Origin: Octopus sinensis
Taxonomy: Eukaryota
Length of the DNA stretch: 64,000 nt
Assembly (NCBI RefSeq): GCF_006345805.1
Contig: NC_043013.1
Span: 55,304,001 to 55,368,000 of the forward strand
Direction: 5' to 3'
The notes beneath the pieces were generated by a model. That model was not told the DNA's origin. It did not search any database and saw nothing but the letters and a program-made list of their open reading frames with translations. Both the position numbers and the translations under genes were made by a program. Positions 40,143 to 52,439 of the stretch are shown piece after piece (the first letter of the stretch is position 1; every line of letters starts with the position of its first letter).

Positions 40143-40224
40143 CTTTCCTGATGAGAATATTGCATAATGCACCCTTTATTCCTTTGAAATGAAAACGTGC
40201 TGTCTTCGAAACATATGTCGAGAG
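40143..40224 (+). ncRNA. Type I hammerhead-like motif, family H3 (right)
   Basis: ctttc CUGAUGA gaata..gtcttc GAA ACAUAUGU C^gagag: canonical core with GUC triplet, predicted cut after 40219. Confidence 0.72.
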
Positions 40225-40399
40225 TAAAGGAATTTTGTTAACATCTTCGTTCGACTCCATTCTTTCATTTATTCATATATATATATATAATAATAATAAT
40301 AATAGGGAGTATATCCAAACTTACAGGGAAAAATTAGATTTAGGATTAAATCAAATTTCACAGTATAGATATAAATTAAATTAGAGATAAAACCTTGAA

Positions 40400-40642
40400 T
40401 GATTAGCAGGTCCAGCCAAACGTCTTGTAATATTTATTCTTCCCTCTCTCCCTCCCTCTCTCTCTCTCCCTCTCTACTAATCCTACACCTTGCACATCGT
40501 TCTTCTACTTTCTGTTTTGTTTCTCCTTCCTGAGCCACTCCCAACTCCCCTCCTTACCCCTCTACATACTACTATTTCCCCCCATCTGCATCCCTCCCCT
40601 TATTCCTCACTCCCTACCTTAACCACCACCTCCAGCAGATTT
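40400..40642. repeat. Pyrimidine-rich dispersed repeat, copy 1 (copy 2 at 42305-42545)
   Basis: ttagcaggtccagccaaa.gtcttgt...accttaaccaccacctccagcagatt is present at both sites. Confidence 0.8.
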
Positions 40643-40699
40643 ATTTACATATGTATATATGTATATATATATATATATATATATGTATATGTATATATA

Positions 40700-40730
<31 letters not shown>

Positions 40731-40782
40731 TATATGTGTATGTATATATATGTGTTTATATATGTGTGTGTATATATATATA

Positions 40783-40826
<44 letters not shown>

Positions 40827-40833
40827 GTATATA

Positions 40834-40874
<41 letters not shown>

Positions 40875-40917
40875 ATGTATATATATGTGTTTATATATGT
40901 GTGTGTATATATATATA

Positions 40918-40961
<44 letters not shown>

Positions 40962-40965
<4 letters not shown>

Positions 40966-41152
40966 TCATCATCATCATCATCGTTTAGCGTCCGTTTTCC
41001 ATGCTAGCATGGGTTGGACGGTTCTACTGGGGTCTGTGAAGCCAGAAGGCTTCATCAGGCCCAGTCAAATCTGGCAGTGTTTCTACGGCTGGATGCCCTT
41101 CCTAACGCCAACCACTCCGTGAGTGTAGTGGGTGCTTTTTATGTGCCACCCG
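40962..41152 (-). mobile_element. RTE 3' terminal fragment with (GAT)n tail
   Basis: Matches 57112-57300. Confidence 0.85.
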
Positions 41153-41213
41153 CACATATATATATATATATATATATATATTATGTATGTATATATATAT
41201 ATATATATATATA

Positions 41214-41395
41214 TAGTTAATCCAAACAAGAAAGCACAAAAAAGCAACAACGCGAGGATGTGGAACAAATATAGTATTATTGGACACTCAGGAAAGAACG
41301 AAAGAAAGAGGGTTTAATGTTTCGAGCGGAGCTCTTCGTCGGAAACATAGGAGAAGGAAATATCCAGAGAATGGAAGACAGAGGAAATAAAAATA
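41214..41395 (-). mobile_element. Second H1 hammerhead-bearing unit, embedded in (TA)n
   Basis: Minus strand gtttCCGACGAaGAGCtccGCTCGAAACattaaac at 41312-41346. Confidence 0.7.
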
Positions 41396-41403
41396 TGTAT
41401 ATA

Positions 41404-41465
<62 letters not shown>

Positions 41466-42304
41466 TAAATATATGCATACACACACATGTATATATATAT
41501 ATATATATACACGATGATGATGATGATGATGACGATGACACATAAACACATGCACATACACACACACACCTACATACATAAAATAAACATAAATTGCATC
41601 CTTTTAAATCTGTTTTCTATGCTGGCATGGGTTGCTGTTGTCCTTGAATGACTGAGCTGAATCAGCAATTTGGAGACCATGTTACTTCTGGCCTAGTTTC
41701 TACAGTTTTGTGCATACCAACCACTTTACACACTGTCCAGAACAAGAGTGGCAGATTTTACTTTGTCAGCAACAAGACTGAAGACCCTTCTGAAGCCCTG
41801 CCTTGGCGCTGTTTAGATTGATTATCAAACTTTGCCTTGCATCCTTGTAGAATGTCAATGAAGTATCAAGTGCATCCTGGGACTAAATTTATTGTAGCTT
41901 CATTCCTGCTTTAAAACTGTGTTTTATTAATATTGTTACAAGGATTGGTGGATTGCCAAAATTGTTAGAGCTTTAGAAAAAATTGCTTTGCAATATTTAA
42001 TCCAGCTAAATTCCACCGAGGTCGATTTTGACTTTCAGGGTTGATAAATTAAGTACAAGTTGATCATAAGGGGTGATGTAATCGACTTAACCCCCCCCCC
42101 CCTCCTCTTCCAAAATTTGAAACCAATTCAGCTCTTTACATCCAGAGGTCAAATGCCACTGAGATCAACTTTGCATTTCATCATTTGTGGGTCATTAAAA
42201 TACAATACAAATACTGGGCTGGGGCACCAATTAACCCCCTCCCCTAAAAACTCCTGGGTTTGTGCTTAATGAGAAACAACTCAGGACAGTGGATTACCAG
42301 AATT

Positions 42305-42340
42305 ATTAGCAGGTCCAGCCAAATGTCTTGTGATATTTAT

Positions 42341-42380
<40 letters not shown>

Positions 42381-42545
42381 ATCCTACACCTTGCACATCG
42401 TTCTTCTACTTTCTGTTTTGTTTCTCCTTCTTGAGCTACTCACAACTCCCCTCCTAATCCCTCTACATACTGCTATCCCCCCCCCCATCTGCATCCCTCC
42501 CCTTGTTCCTCACTCCCTACCTTAACCACCACCTCCAGCAGATTA
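42305..42545. repeat. Pyrimidine-rich dispersed repeat, copy 2
   Basis: See 40400-40642. Confidence 0.8.
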
Positions 42546-43684
42546 CTCCCTGCTTCCATCACTTCTGAAAACATCCACTCTCTCATTCCTTCTTGTCCTT
42601 ATCCTCTCTTGTGCTCACCTTCATGGTCCTTGAGAGTTTACCGTAGCATCACATCATTACCTTCCTCTGATCTCCTTCAACCATGTCTCTCTTCAATAGT
42701 AAGACACCTGTGCTTATTCCTCTATCATACGTCAGCTTTTCAACACCTGACATAAAACCACCCACCTCCACCTTCCCCTTAATAGTGGGAGATTTTTTCC
42801 TTTTCTTTTTTGTCTTATAAGCTTCATCGTAACTTCACGAGTGTTGGCAGCACATAAAAAAAAGCACCTAGTACTCAAAGAAAAGTGGTTGGCATTAGGC
42901 AGGTTATCCATCTGCAGAAACCATGCCAAAGATGACATTGGAGCCTGACACAGTCCTGCAACTCATTGACCAAAGAATCCTACCCATGCCAGCATGGGAA
43001 GCAGATTTTAAATGATGAAGACATTCTGAGAACAAATTTCTCTGCTGCCAACTTGGCCTTTTATTCCTCCAGGGTAGCTAAAATATAATACCAGTCAAAT
43101 ATTAGGGGTCTATGTAACTGAATAACTACTGGCCTTGAGCCTAAATCAGAAAATTGTTGTTGTTATTGTTTGTTTGTATCATGATGGTTATGTTAAATCA
43201 TTCAGAACACAATGGAATGGTGTAGAATATGCCAAACTTTGGACAACTTGTAAAGAATCATTTTTCAAAACTAACCATAAGATATTATATTGACAGGAAA
43301 GATAAGATTTTTATATTCTGTGGATGAATAATATTGGTAAATTTTGGTCAAATACAACAGCAGAATTCATGATTGTGTTTTTTAGTTAATGCTGAATATA
43401 TTTATGAGGATTTTTGTCTTAAATATCCCCCATTGATCTTTGTGAGAAACAGAAAAGTCAATGTTTTCTTCTCCATATCACATAATGTTCATCTATTGTT
43501 TTACTCTCATATGTTATTTCACAAATCATGATGATGTGTGTGTGCATGCATGTGTTTTATCTTTTTATGTTCACCTTTCTGTGCTTGCATGGGTTGGGTG
43601 GTTTCTCTGAGGTAATGTTTTAGGGTTAGATACCCTTTCTATAAACAATATATAAATATATATACATATATATATATATATATG

Positions 43685-43929
43685 CATTATTTACATTTGA
43701 TGGATATTTGTCCTCATCTTGTTTGTTGTTAACACAACATTTCAGCTGATATACCCTCCAGCCTTCATCAGGTGTCTTGGGGAAATTTCGAACCTGCGTT
43801 CTTATTCCTAAGGTATTTTTTGATGTTATTATTATTATTATTATTATTAATATTCAGGTCACTGCCTGGAATGGAACTCAGTATCTTGAGGTTAGTAGCC
43901 CACTCTCTTAAGCACTATGCCATATGCCC
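43685..43929 (-). mobile_element. tRNA-headed element with (AAT)n linker and hammerhead tail, family H4
   Basis: Head gggcatatggcatagtgcttaagag...gagttccattccagg (A and B boxes), then gacac CUGAUGA a GGCUG..CAGCU GAAAU GUU^GUGUU at 43731-43776. Confidence 0.75.
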
Positions 43930-43934
43930 ATGTA

Positions 43935-44095
43935 CATATGGCGTAGTGGTTTGAAATTTCCCCAAAACACCTGGTGAAGGCTGGAGGTCATATCAGCCGA
44001 AACGTTGTGTTAACAGCAAACAAGATGAGGACAAATGTCTGTCAAACGTAAATAATATACATAATTCCTCATCTCTTAAATATAGAACTGTATTA
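43935..44095 (+). mobile_element. Second, internally deleted H4 copy, head-to-head with the first
   Basis: catatggcgtagtggtt is joined directly to tgaaatttcccc. Hammerhead 43966-44011: aacac CUGgUGA a GGCUG..CAGCC GAAAC GUU^GUGUU. Confidence 0.75.
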
Positions 44096-44489
44096 AATAC
44101 ACACACACACACACGCACACACACACATATATATATATATATAATCCAAAGAAGAAACACAAAGAAAGAGTGTATTACTTCTTTAATGACCATTGGCTAT
44201 TGTTTCTCTGCCAACTCTGTTTTTAATGCTGATTCACTCAAAAGTCCCATACGTGAAAACTTTCGTAATATTTGCAGCTTTAAACACCAGAGCATGTACA
44301 CAGCTACTTTAGTTGCAAAAATGTGGACAATATAGTCTTTATTTATATTTTCTATTCTTTACATCCTTGGATCACCATCATCATTATTGTTTGATGTCCA
44401 TTTTCCATGCCGGCATGGGTTGGTCTGTGTGACAGGAGCTGGCCAGCTGAGAACTGTCAGACTCCACTTGTCTATTGTGGCATGGTTTC

Positions 44490-44722
44490 TTATTTCTTTA
44501 CTACCCACAAGGGGCTAAACACAGAGGGGACAAAAAAGGACAGACAAACAGATTTAGTCAATTATATTAACCCCAGTGTGTAACTGGTACTTATTTAATC
44601 GACCCCGAAAGGATGAAAGGAAAAGGCGACCTCGGCAGAATTTAAACTCAGAACGTAGTGGCCGATGAAATATTGCTAAGCATTTCGACCGGTGTGCTAA
44701 CGTTTCTGCCAGCTCACTGCCT
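44490..44722 (-). mobile_element. S1 SINE, full length
   Basis: Near-identical to 8551-8788. Confidence 0.9.
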
Positions 44723-44854
44723 TATTTGGCATGGATGCTAAACACTTTAGAGAGTGTGCTGGGTGTTTTTTACATGCCATTAGCAAGGGTGCATTTATGC
44801 CGCACTGACACAAACGCATTTTCTTTGGCACCTGTAAAGGACCTGCCTCTATGT

Positions 44855-45261
44855 ATGGATGACCATGAATTTACTTGTCTGATGCATTCCACATTTTCCG
44901 GGGTCTATGCCATCCATGGTGCCCCAGTGGTCTCCTATTCATTAGTGTACCTCGTGTACGAAGTGCATTCAGCCCAATGTAAGATTGTGTTATGGGTGGA
45001 AACAGCCTGATTTTGGTGAATGTTGGAGTGGCACCAAAACTCATGCTGAACTGCTGTGATGGACTCATTATTCTTCATGTCAGTGTCATGGGCAAACACA
45101 CGATGCTCTATCATCCACAGCATCATGGCTTCACCTGAAAAGAAAGAATAATGCTAAGACACCATGGACCAAGTCAAGTGGTACCTGTTGGACATATGTC
45201 CCTCCTTCTGGAGCTGAGTAATAGCCATTTCAAAAACGTCCATCCTCTCTGCCCCACCCTG
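44855..45261 (-). mobile_element. Tc1/mariner-superfamily relic: one TIR end plus N-terminal HTH (DUF4817-type) of the transposase
   Basis: EHRVFAHDTDMKNNESITAVQHEF..H.NIHQNQAVSTHNTILHW, frameshift, then NALRTRGTLMNRRPLG. End reads CAGGGTG next to a TA-rich tract. Confidence 0.75.
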
Positions 45262-45264
45262 TGC

Positions 45265-45304
<40 letters not shown>

Positions 45305-45334
45305 ATATGACTGAGACCCTCGGTGATATGCTGT

Positions 45335-45560
45335 GTTTGAAAAGCAGACCCATCAAGCCAAGTGAAATTGCAGTTATGTCAAGCAACTGGCACCCATGCT
45401 GGTGGTATGTAAAAGTCCCCATTACACACTTGGAGTGGTTGGCATTAGGAATGGTATCCAGCTGTAGAAACCATGATAAATCAGATTGGATCCGGTGCAG
45501 CTCGTCTGCTTACCAGCCCTGGTCAAACCGTCCAACCCATGATGATGATGATGGTGATGA
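45335..45560 (+). mobile_element. RTE-type 3' terminal fragment with (GAT)n tail
   Basis: ggagtggttggcattagga...ccagctgtagaaac...ccgtccaacccatgatgatg. Confidence 0.75.
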
Positions 45561-47389
45561 TGGTCATATGGTGGTGCTAAGATGGGTGATAAATTAAGAT
45601 TAGTGTAAAAATCTGGAAGTTGATAAAGTCCATGTTAGCAATAATTAGAGAGTTTGTAGAAGTGGTTGTTATGTTCAGTTGCTGTTAAGCCTGAAGACAT
45701 TTCCAGTTGTCATTTTCTCAGAGAGGGAGAGAGAGAAAGGGGGGGTGGATAGGGAAAATATTATTGCTTTGGCTGCGAGAAAATGGCTGTTAGTTTTGAT
45801 AAAATTAGAACTTAAAGTTGAGTTGATCAGTTCTTAGCTCTACTAAAGTGTCCAGCTATTAAATCTCTGTCCTTGATTACATAACTCGCTTCCAGGAAAA
45901 CAAGAATGACCAATTTACTTCTAGTCTGTGAATGTCGTGGGAAGCTACAGTGAAATGAACTAAACTTTGAAATACATAAAACCGTTCAGAAATTAAATAA
46001 TAAAACACAATTATAAAATCATTACTGTTCACTGTTTACATATCCTTGCTAATCCCGAAGAGGAAATAAATTAATTAAATTGGCTACAATGATTCGGGTG
46101 GTGTCATACTAAAATGATAGTGACAAGGCTCTTGGGGCAAGATACCGTTGTTAAATCGTCTTCCGATGCCGATAGATGTGATACACAATTAGAAAATCTT
46201 ACGATATACATGATAAAAGCCACTTGCAATTAAACCTTCTCTAGAGATCATTCTTAACAGTTGTCTGTTTATCTTTATTCTCACTAAACAGCAAAAAGTA
46301 AATAAATCTACAGCCACTTGACCAAATATTCTTAATCAAATATACTTAACATGCAGATAATTCTTGCCTATAGCATATATGAATGCTTAATGCAGATTTC
46401 CCTACAGATATAGGTGTATGGGAATGCTAGTTCCACAAACAGGCACAATTTATTGCTATTAAAATCAAAACATTCAAACTATCTACAGTAATTGCAACTT
46501 ACTACCATTCCACCAGAAGATTCGGTATTAATGATAATGCAAACTTATCCAAAATTATTCAATTACTGCTTGATGAATTCAAGACTATTCCAGTCTGAAT
46601 TGATAGAAATGTAAATCTCTCTAACATAAACTGAAACAATCACATATGTACAGAGAACATCAGGAATATGGAAGCTGTTCTATGATTTCCAGAAAGGAAG
46701 ATATGTTCCTTTCCTGGACACTATTAAATTCTCATTAAAGGGAAGGACATAATTAATATTTATTTATAAACTATTGATTTTTATCTCTTGGTGCATGCTT
46801 GGCAATATACTGAAGTAGTTCATCTTAGAATATTATACTTCCTGGTTCAAGTCCACAACAAATTTACTGCGGCAAGTGTCATCTGTCATAACTTGGGGCT
46901 GACGATTATTTTGTGAATGGAATTTGATGGAAACAGGGCAGAAATTCAGTGTACGTATGCATGCATATATGTATACATATCCATCCCTCTGTCTGTCTGT
47001 CTATATCTATATATATATGTGTGTGTGTGTGCGTGTGTGTGTGTGTGTGTACACATACATGTTTGTATATATGTTTATATTTATATATGTGTTTGTGTAT
47101 GCATATGTCTATCAATCTATCAATCTAGCTATCCATCCATCCATCTACCTATCCATCTATCTATCTATCTATCTATCTATCTATGTATCTGTCTATCTAT
47201 CCCTCTGTCTATATTTATATATATGTGTGTGTGTGTACATGTGTACACATGCATGTTTGTATATATGCTTATATGCATATATGTGTGTGTGTGTGTGTGT
47301 CTGTTTGTATGAATATGTCTATCAATCTATGTATTTGTCTATCTCTGCATCTATCTACATATATATGTATGCGTATGCATATACATAAA

Positions 47390-47545
47390 GAGGCACAGGC
47401 ACGACTGTATCGTTAAGACAATCATTTCCCAACCACATGGTTTCAGGTTCAATCCCACTGTGCGGCACCTTGGGCAAATGTCTTCTACTACAGCTCTAGG
47501 CTACCTGTCCAAAACATTGTGAGTGGATTTGGAAACCTGTAACCA
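47390..47545 (+). mobile_element. S2 SINE head fragment
   Basis: cccaaccacatggtttcaggttcaatcccactgtgcggcaccttgggcaa. Confidence 0.8.
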
Positions 47546-48084
47546 ATGTTACTGTTTGCAAATTGTGATATGAAATATATAAATAATCTTTTTAGAAAAT
47601 ATAGTTCCAAATATGAGGTTTTCGGCCAAAATAAGAATTTCTTTTGAAGCATAAAGATTTGTAGGAAACGGAATCTCATCTTGCTTTCAAATATTTGAAT
47701 GTTGCTAAATTGGGCAATTAAGGGTTAAACGTCCTTGATAAAGACACAGCTATGAAAGGTTTACTGTTGTAATTAATAAGCTGGCATGCTATCAACTCTG
47801 CTAGTTATGTCTGTTAATTGGAAATATAGAAATAAAAGGTCTTGATGTGGAGTGTGAATCTTTATCATTACTTCCTGATCACCATCAGTGATCTTACAGG
47901 AGGAGGAGGAGGAGGAGGCAGAAGATAGTGAGTAGGAGGGCAATGTTGTGTATTAAGTTGAAGTAACATTGTGATTTCATGTTGTTTTTTTTTCAAGAAA
48001 GAATATTATAATAGACATTTCCCACGAAAATCTTTGAGATTTTTATACAAGTATCAAACCATGAACTTGTCATTGTCAGATAGC

Positions 48085-48290
48085 TATAGGTATGATCATA
48101 GTGTTTGGTAGTAATAAGTATGGTCATAGTGTTTAGTAATCATAGTTATGATCATAGTGTAACACGTGTTTGACAATCAAAGACATGGTCATATTGTTTG
48201 GAAGTCACAGTTATGATCATTATATTAAACTCATAATTATTATCATAGTGCTTGACTGTCATAACTATGATCATAATATTAGGTTGTCGT
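48085..48290. repeat. Degenerate ~27-29 bp minisatellite (gttatgatcatagtgttt...)
   Basis: The tatg(a/g)tcatagtg motif recurs about 7 times. Confidence 0.7.
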
Positions 48291-48391
48291 AGATAGCAAT
48301 GATAATATTGCACTAAAATACTCATCAGGATTAGTTCTCATGAAACAAGGGTTGATTAAATAGAATTTGTCATTGAAATATTAATAAAAAG

Positions 48392-48780
48392 GCACAGGTG
48401 TACAGGTGTGGTAAGAAGGCTGCTTCACAACCACATGTTTCTAGGTTCAATCCCACTGTGTGACACCTTGGGCAAGTGTCTCTTACTACGGCCTCAAGCT
48501 GACCAAAGCCTTGTGAGTGGATATGGTAGGCAGAAACTGTTGTGTGTGTGTGTGTGTGTGTGTGTCTTTGTGCGTGTGTTTGTACCCTACCCCTGTTTGA
48601 CAACTGCTTGGTGTGTTTATGCCCCCATAATTTAGCAGTTCAGCAAAAGGGACTGATAGAATAAGTACCAGGTTTATAGAAAGTACTGGGGTCAATTCTT
48701 TTGACTAGAATTTCTTCAAGCTGGTACACCAACACCACCACAGTCTAATGACCAAACCAAGTAAAAGACAGGTATAAAGT
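48392..48780 (+). mobile_element. S2 SINE, near full length
   Basis: Head gtgtggtaagaaggctgcttcacaaccac, (GT)n middle, tail ccacagtctaatgacc. Confidence 0.85.
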
Positions 48781-51349
48781 AAAAGAATTCAATTAGAATT
48801 ATACTCAGGTCTAATTAACATAGGTAAATAACATTATTTTAATGAGTATTAGTGATGCTAATCATTTAATTCTTGTCTTTCTGTTACTGATTCTAGTTAC
48901 TCGTTTGTTGCAATACCAAAGCGTTGTCTTCAAGGATGTGGCCTCTAATAACGACCACAGCATTTGACTACTATTGGTTGTTTTATTAATCTTGGAATGA
49001 AGGCATAGCTAGCCAAAGCAAAATTTGAAACTGGGAAACAAACAGACCTGACCAAATATCCCAAGATATTCTATTCAATGCTTTACCAATTTCACCATCT
49101 AATGTTCTTAATTATTTAGTCTTGAACTGATTTGTAGTAAATTTCTGTGGAAAATTTGTAACAAATTCTTGTAGTATCCACTTAATCAGTTTGGAATGGT
49201 GAGAAAAAGGAAATAACTTCAACACGAGATTAAACAGAAAGAAAAATAAAAAATAAAAATTATTAATTTATTGTTTAGCAACCTTTCCGACTCTTGAGCT
49301 CACAAGGGAAAATGTATCAATTTTCTGGTAATCTCTTGGCAAACATTGTTGAAATTTATACAGGAGGTTAATCAATCATTTATTTGATAATGAAATTGTC
49401 TGTCTAAGTATGTAGAGCCATCTGTAGAACACAGAGGATCAATTAAACTTAGAAGCTACTATTCTCAACACTAACCAGCACAAACAAAATCATTATATAG
49501 TTTTTGCTCAAAACAAACAGCTGGATATATTTGAAATTATATTAACATGATGTATCCTAAATCGTTTACCTTTGACTCCAAAAGGACTCGATGTAAACAG
49601 TATCTTTCTTGTCTGTTTAGAATATATCAATATGTAACACTCTGTCTACTGGCCCAGGTATTGAATTCTAAAATTTGGTCAATTAAAATACAGGCAAAAG
49701 CATTACTCTTTATGGGCCTACTTAGAAGAAAGTAAAACAGTGTCTATGAGCTTTTCCAGGGTTTCTGAAGCCGAAAGACTCTGCTAAAAGTACTTAAGTT
49801 ATGTTAAACCAGATCCCAGTTTTAAAATGCCATTCCTGAACAAGTGTTATTTATACAACTAGCGTCCATAAAGTTTCTACCTGCCCAAGTCACTATCAGC
49901 CTGAGTGTACACCAGACGACACTCTCCCAAAATGCTATGTGGTAAGCTCAGTCCTAGAACCAGGTGATTGCAATGCAAAGTCTTTGATCACGGTAACGTC
50001 TTGGACCATTAAATACTAAACATGAAATTATAAAAATGGAAATGAGAGAGAGCTAAAGTAAATTAGCAAACACAAGGATATTGTTTTTGTTTGCTTTCCT
50101 TGTCAGTTGTGTTAAGCATGACAACAATGATACTTCATCTGTTCATTATAAGGTTTGTAACTTTTCAAACTATTAAAACCAAGGGTCCCTGAAATACGAG
50201 CAGGTGCTAGAGTTTACATCCTGATCCACCTGTTAAATGCAAGTGGTGCCAACAAAATTCATTTGGGATATTCAGCTGTAATCTTTTGTTTGAAGTAGGT
50301 TGGGAGATGCCAGTATCAGTGGATTAACTTGATCCCAGTATATGACTGGTATTCTATTTCACTGACTCTGACAGGCTGAAAAGCAAGGCTGGCCTCAGAA
50401 CAATGAAGAACGGAACTAAATCCTGCCACACATTTTGTCCAATGACTTACCTTTGTTTATTGATATTATAGAAGAATAAGTTTTAAAATTACCAATTTAC
50501 TGAGTCTGAGCTCATATATGCTGCAAAATTTCTCTTTGAGTCTTTGAAAATGTTAATTCAGTATTTCTTAATTAACATTGCTGTCAACAGGAAGGAATAA
50601 TTAGCAAGATTACTGAAAATGTTATATTGATAGATGGACATTCTATGCAAATGGAAAATATATTTGCCATCTACTTAACACCATGAAACTAATGGTAAGC
50701 ACTGGCCCAAACTATCTCCATGGACTCTTCAACATATCAACTTCTATTTTCAGATGATTTATAGATGTGAATAATGTATTAAGCTTTCATACTGGGTCGA
50801 TGGATGTTTTGCTGTTCTTTATATGAGTCTATATCTTTATATTCTAAAATTACAGATTTGTGTTGGAAGAAATGATGTAGGAGTACACACACACACACAC
50901 ACACAGACACACACAGACACACATGCACAAATCATGTAAACTAATATATACACATAATATACATATAAGCACACTCATATATATATATATATGCAGACAC
51001 TTGCACACTGACATACATATATAAATACACAGATATATATAGGCATGAAGACTCATATACGTACACACATACACATCCACACACATATATATGCTCCTAT
51101 ACTTCAATGTACATCCACAAGCAAATATACAAATATATATAGACACACACACACACACACATGCACCAACATATACATTAAAGTATACACATATACATAC
51201 ATGCACATTTATATATATGCATTCTCTTAATATGGCTGAGTTTTTAAGATTGTAGACAAGAAGTATGAAAGAATTTGGTGTGGCTCAATTCCACTGAGTT
51301 GTGTGATAAACTGATGAAATTAGCAAAATAATAAACTAATAGGAGGCTT

Positions 51350-51575
51350 TGCAGTTTAGGTGTTGCACTCATGATTATAACACTGTGGTTTCAATTCCTG
51401 GACTGGGTGATGTATTGTGTTCTTGAGCAAAACTCTTCATTTCACATTGCTCCCAATCTGCTCAGCTGGCAAAAATGAGTAATAATCCTGTGAGGGACTG
51501 GCTTCCAATCCAGAAGTGAAAGTTATACACGACAGAATTCAGGAAAGCAGCTTTATGAGCCTATGGCCTGGGAAG
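51350..51575 (+). mobile_element. S3-type SINE, decayed
   Basis: gtgttcttgagcaaaactcttcatttcacattgctcc...ctcagctggcaaaaatgagt. Confidence 0.7.
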
Positions 51576-51738
51576 GACCTTTGATCCCTTTCAAGTGATT
51601 CATACAAATGGCAGATGAAATGTATCATAAATTAGATTTAAGCAAATTAAGTACCAGCTGCATTATTGGGTTGATAATGGTAGATCAAACATCATCAGTC
51701 TAATGATACTGTTGGCTCAACAAAAATGATGACTTGTC

Positions 51739-51782
<44 letters not shown>

Positions 51783-51984
51783 GTAGTTGGAATTTATAGA
51801 AAAACAAATGACAAAGACAAGTGTGTGAACAACAAGAAGGTGTATGAGTTTGATGCTTGGGAAAATGAAAAAGTCTTTATGTTTCAAGCTTATGCTCTTC
51901 AGCAGGAAGGAATAATAGGAAATAAATAGAGAGAGAATGAAAAAAACTTGTAGATTTAAGGGTCAAGCATGACAAATACATAAT

Positions 51985-52125
51985 GTAGTGAGCTGGCAGA
52001 ATCATTAGCACAAAAGGCAAAATGATTAGCAGCATTTCTTCCAACTCTATGTTCTGAGTTCAAATTCCACAGAGGTTGCCTTTGTCTTTCATCCTTTTGG
52101 GGTCGATAAAATATGTCCCAGTTGT
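51985..52125 (+). mobile_element. S1 SINE 5' part
   Basis: gagctggcagaatcattagca...gttctgagttcaaattccac...tcatccttttggggtcgataa. Confidence 0.85.
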
Positions 52126-52439
52126 GCCAGCATATTTAGAAACAGAAAGATGGTATAAAATGCCAGTGAAATAAATGCTAACACAATGTCATAAAGGCAG
52201 TCTAAAATGGGCTAAATTGGAAGTGAAGTGAGAAAAATTTCCAATAGATGAACGTTGAGAGGAATAGTAAAATTCTCAGAAAAGCCGGTTTAGTACGTAA
52301 TGTTTGATGAAACCAGTAGACAAAGAAAGAACCAGGAAAATAAACATAAAAGTTATCTATCTACTAAATAGTCTAAAAGATTTATAAGAAAAATTATGCA
52401 TATTAGATTATAGGAAAAGCAATTATAATAAAACTATCG

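Larger units (their letters stand above)
39513..40278. repeat. Inverted repeat of ~220 bp Penelope-type terminal repeats (39513-39733 and 40060-40278), with a partial direct duplicate in the spacer
   Basis: The ORF track gives near-identical peptides on opposite strands (39531+ and 40260-). gttccctacctattatt...tttgacgt occurs at ~39818 and ~39985. Confidence 0.9.

Noticed and set aside
40385-40430. ttgaatga...cagccaaacgtcttg, possibly a decayed hammerhead at the start of the 40400/42305 repeat
   Set aside because: Both core segments are broken in both copies.
43857-43929. tRNA gene calls for this and other A/B-box heads (S1, S2, S3)
   Set aside because: Cloverleaf stems are degenerate and each head continues into a repeat body; these are SINE heads, not tRNA genes.
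46503-46594. Minus-strand segment with good acceptor and GTAAGT donor
   Set aside because: Stops in all three frames.
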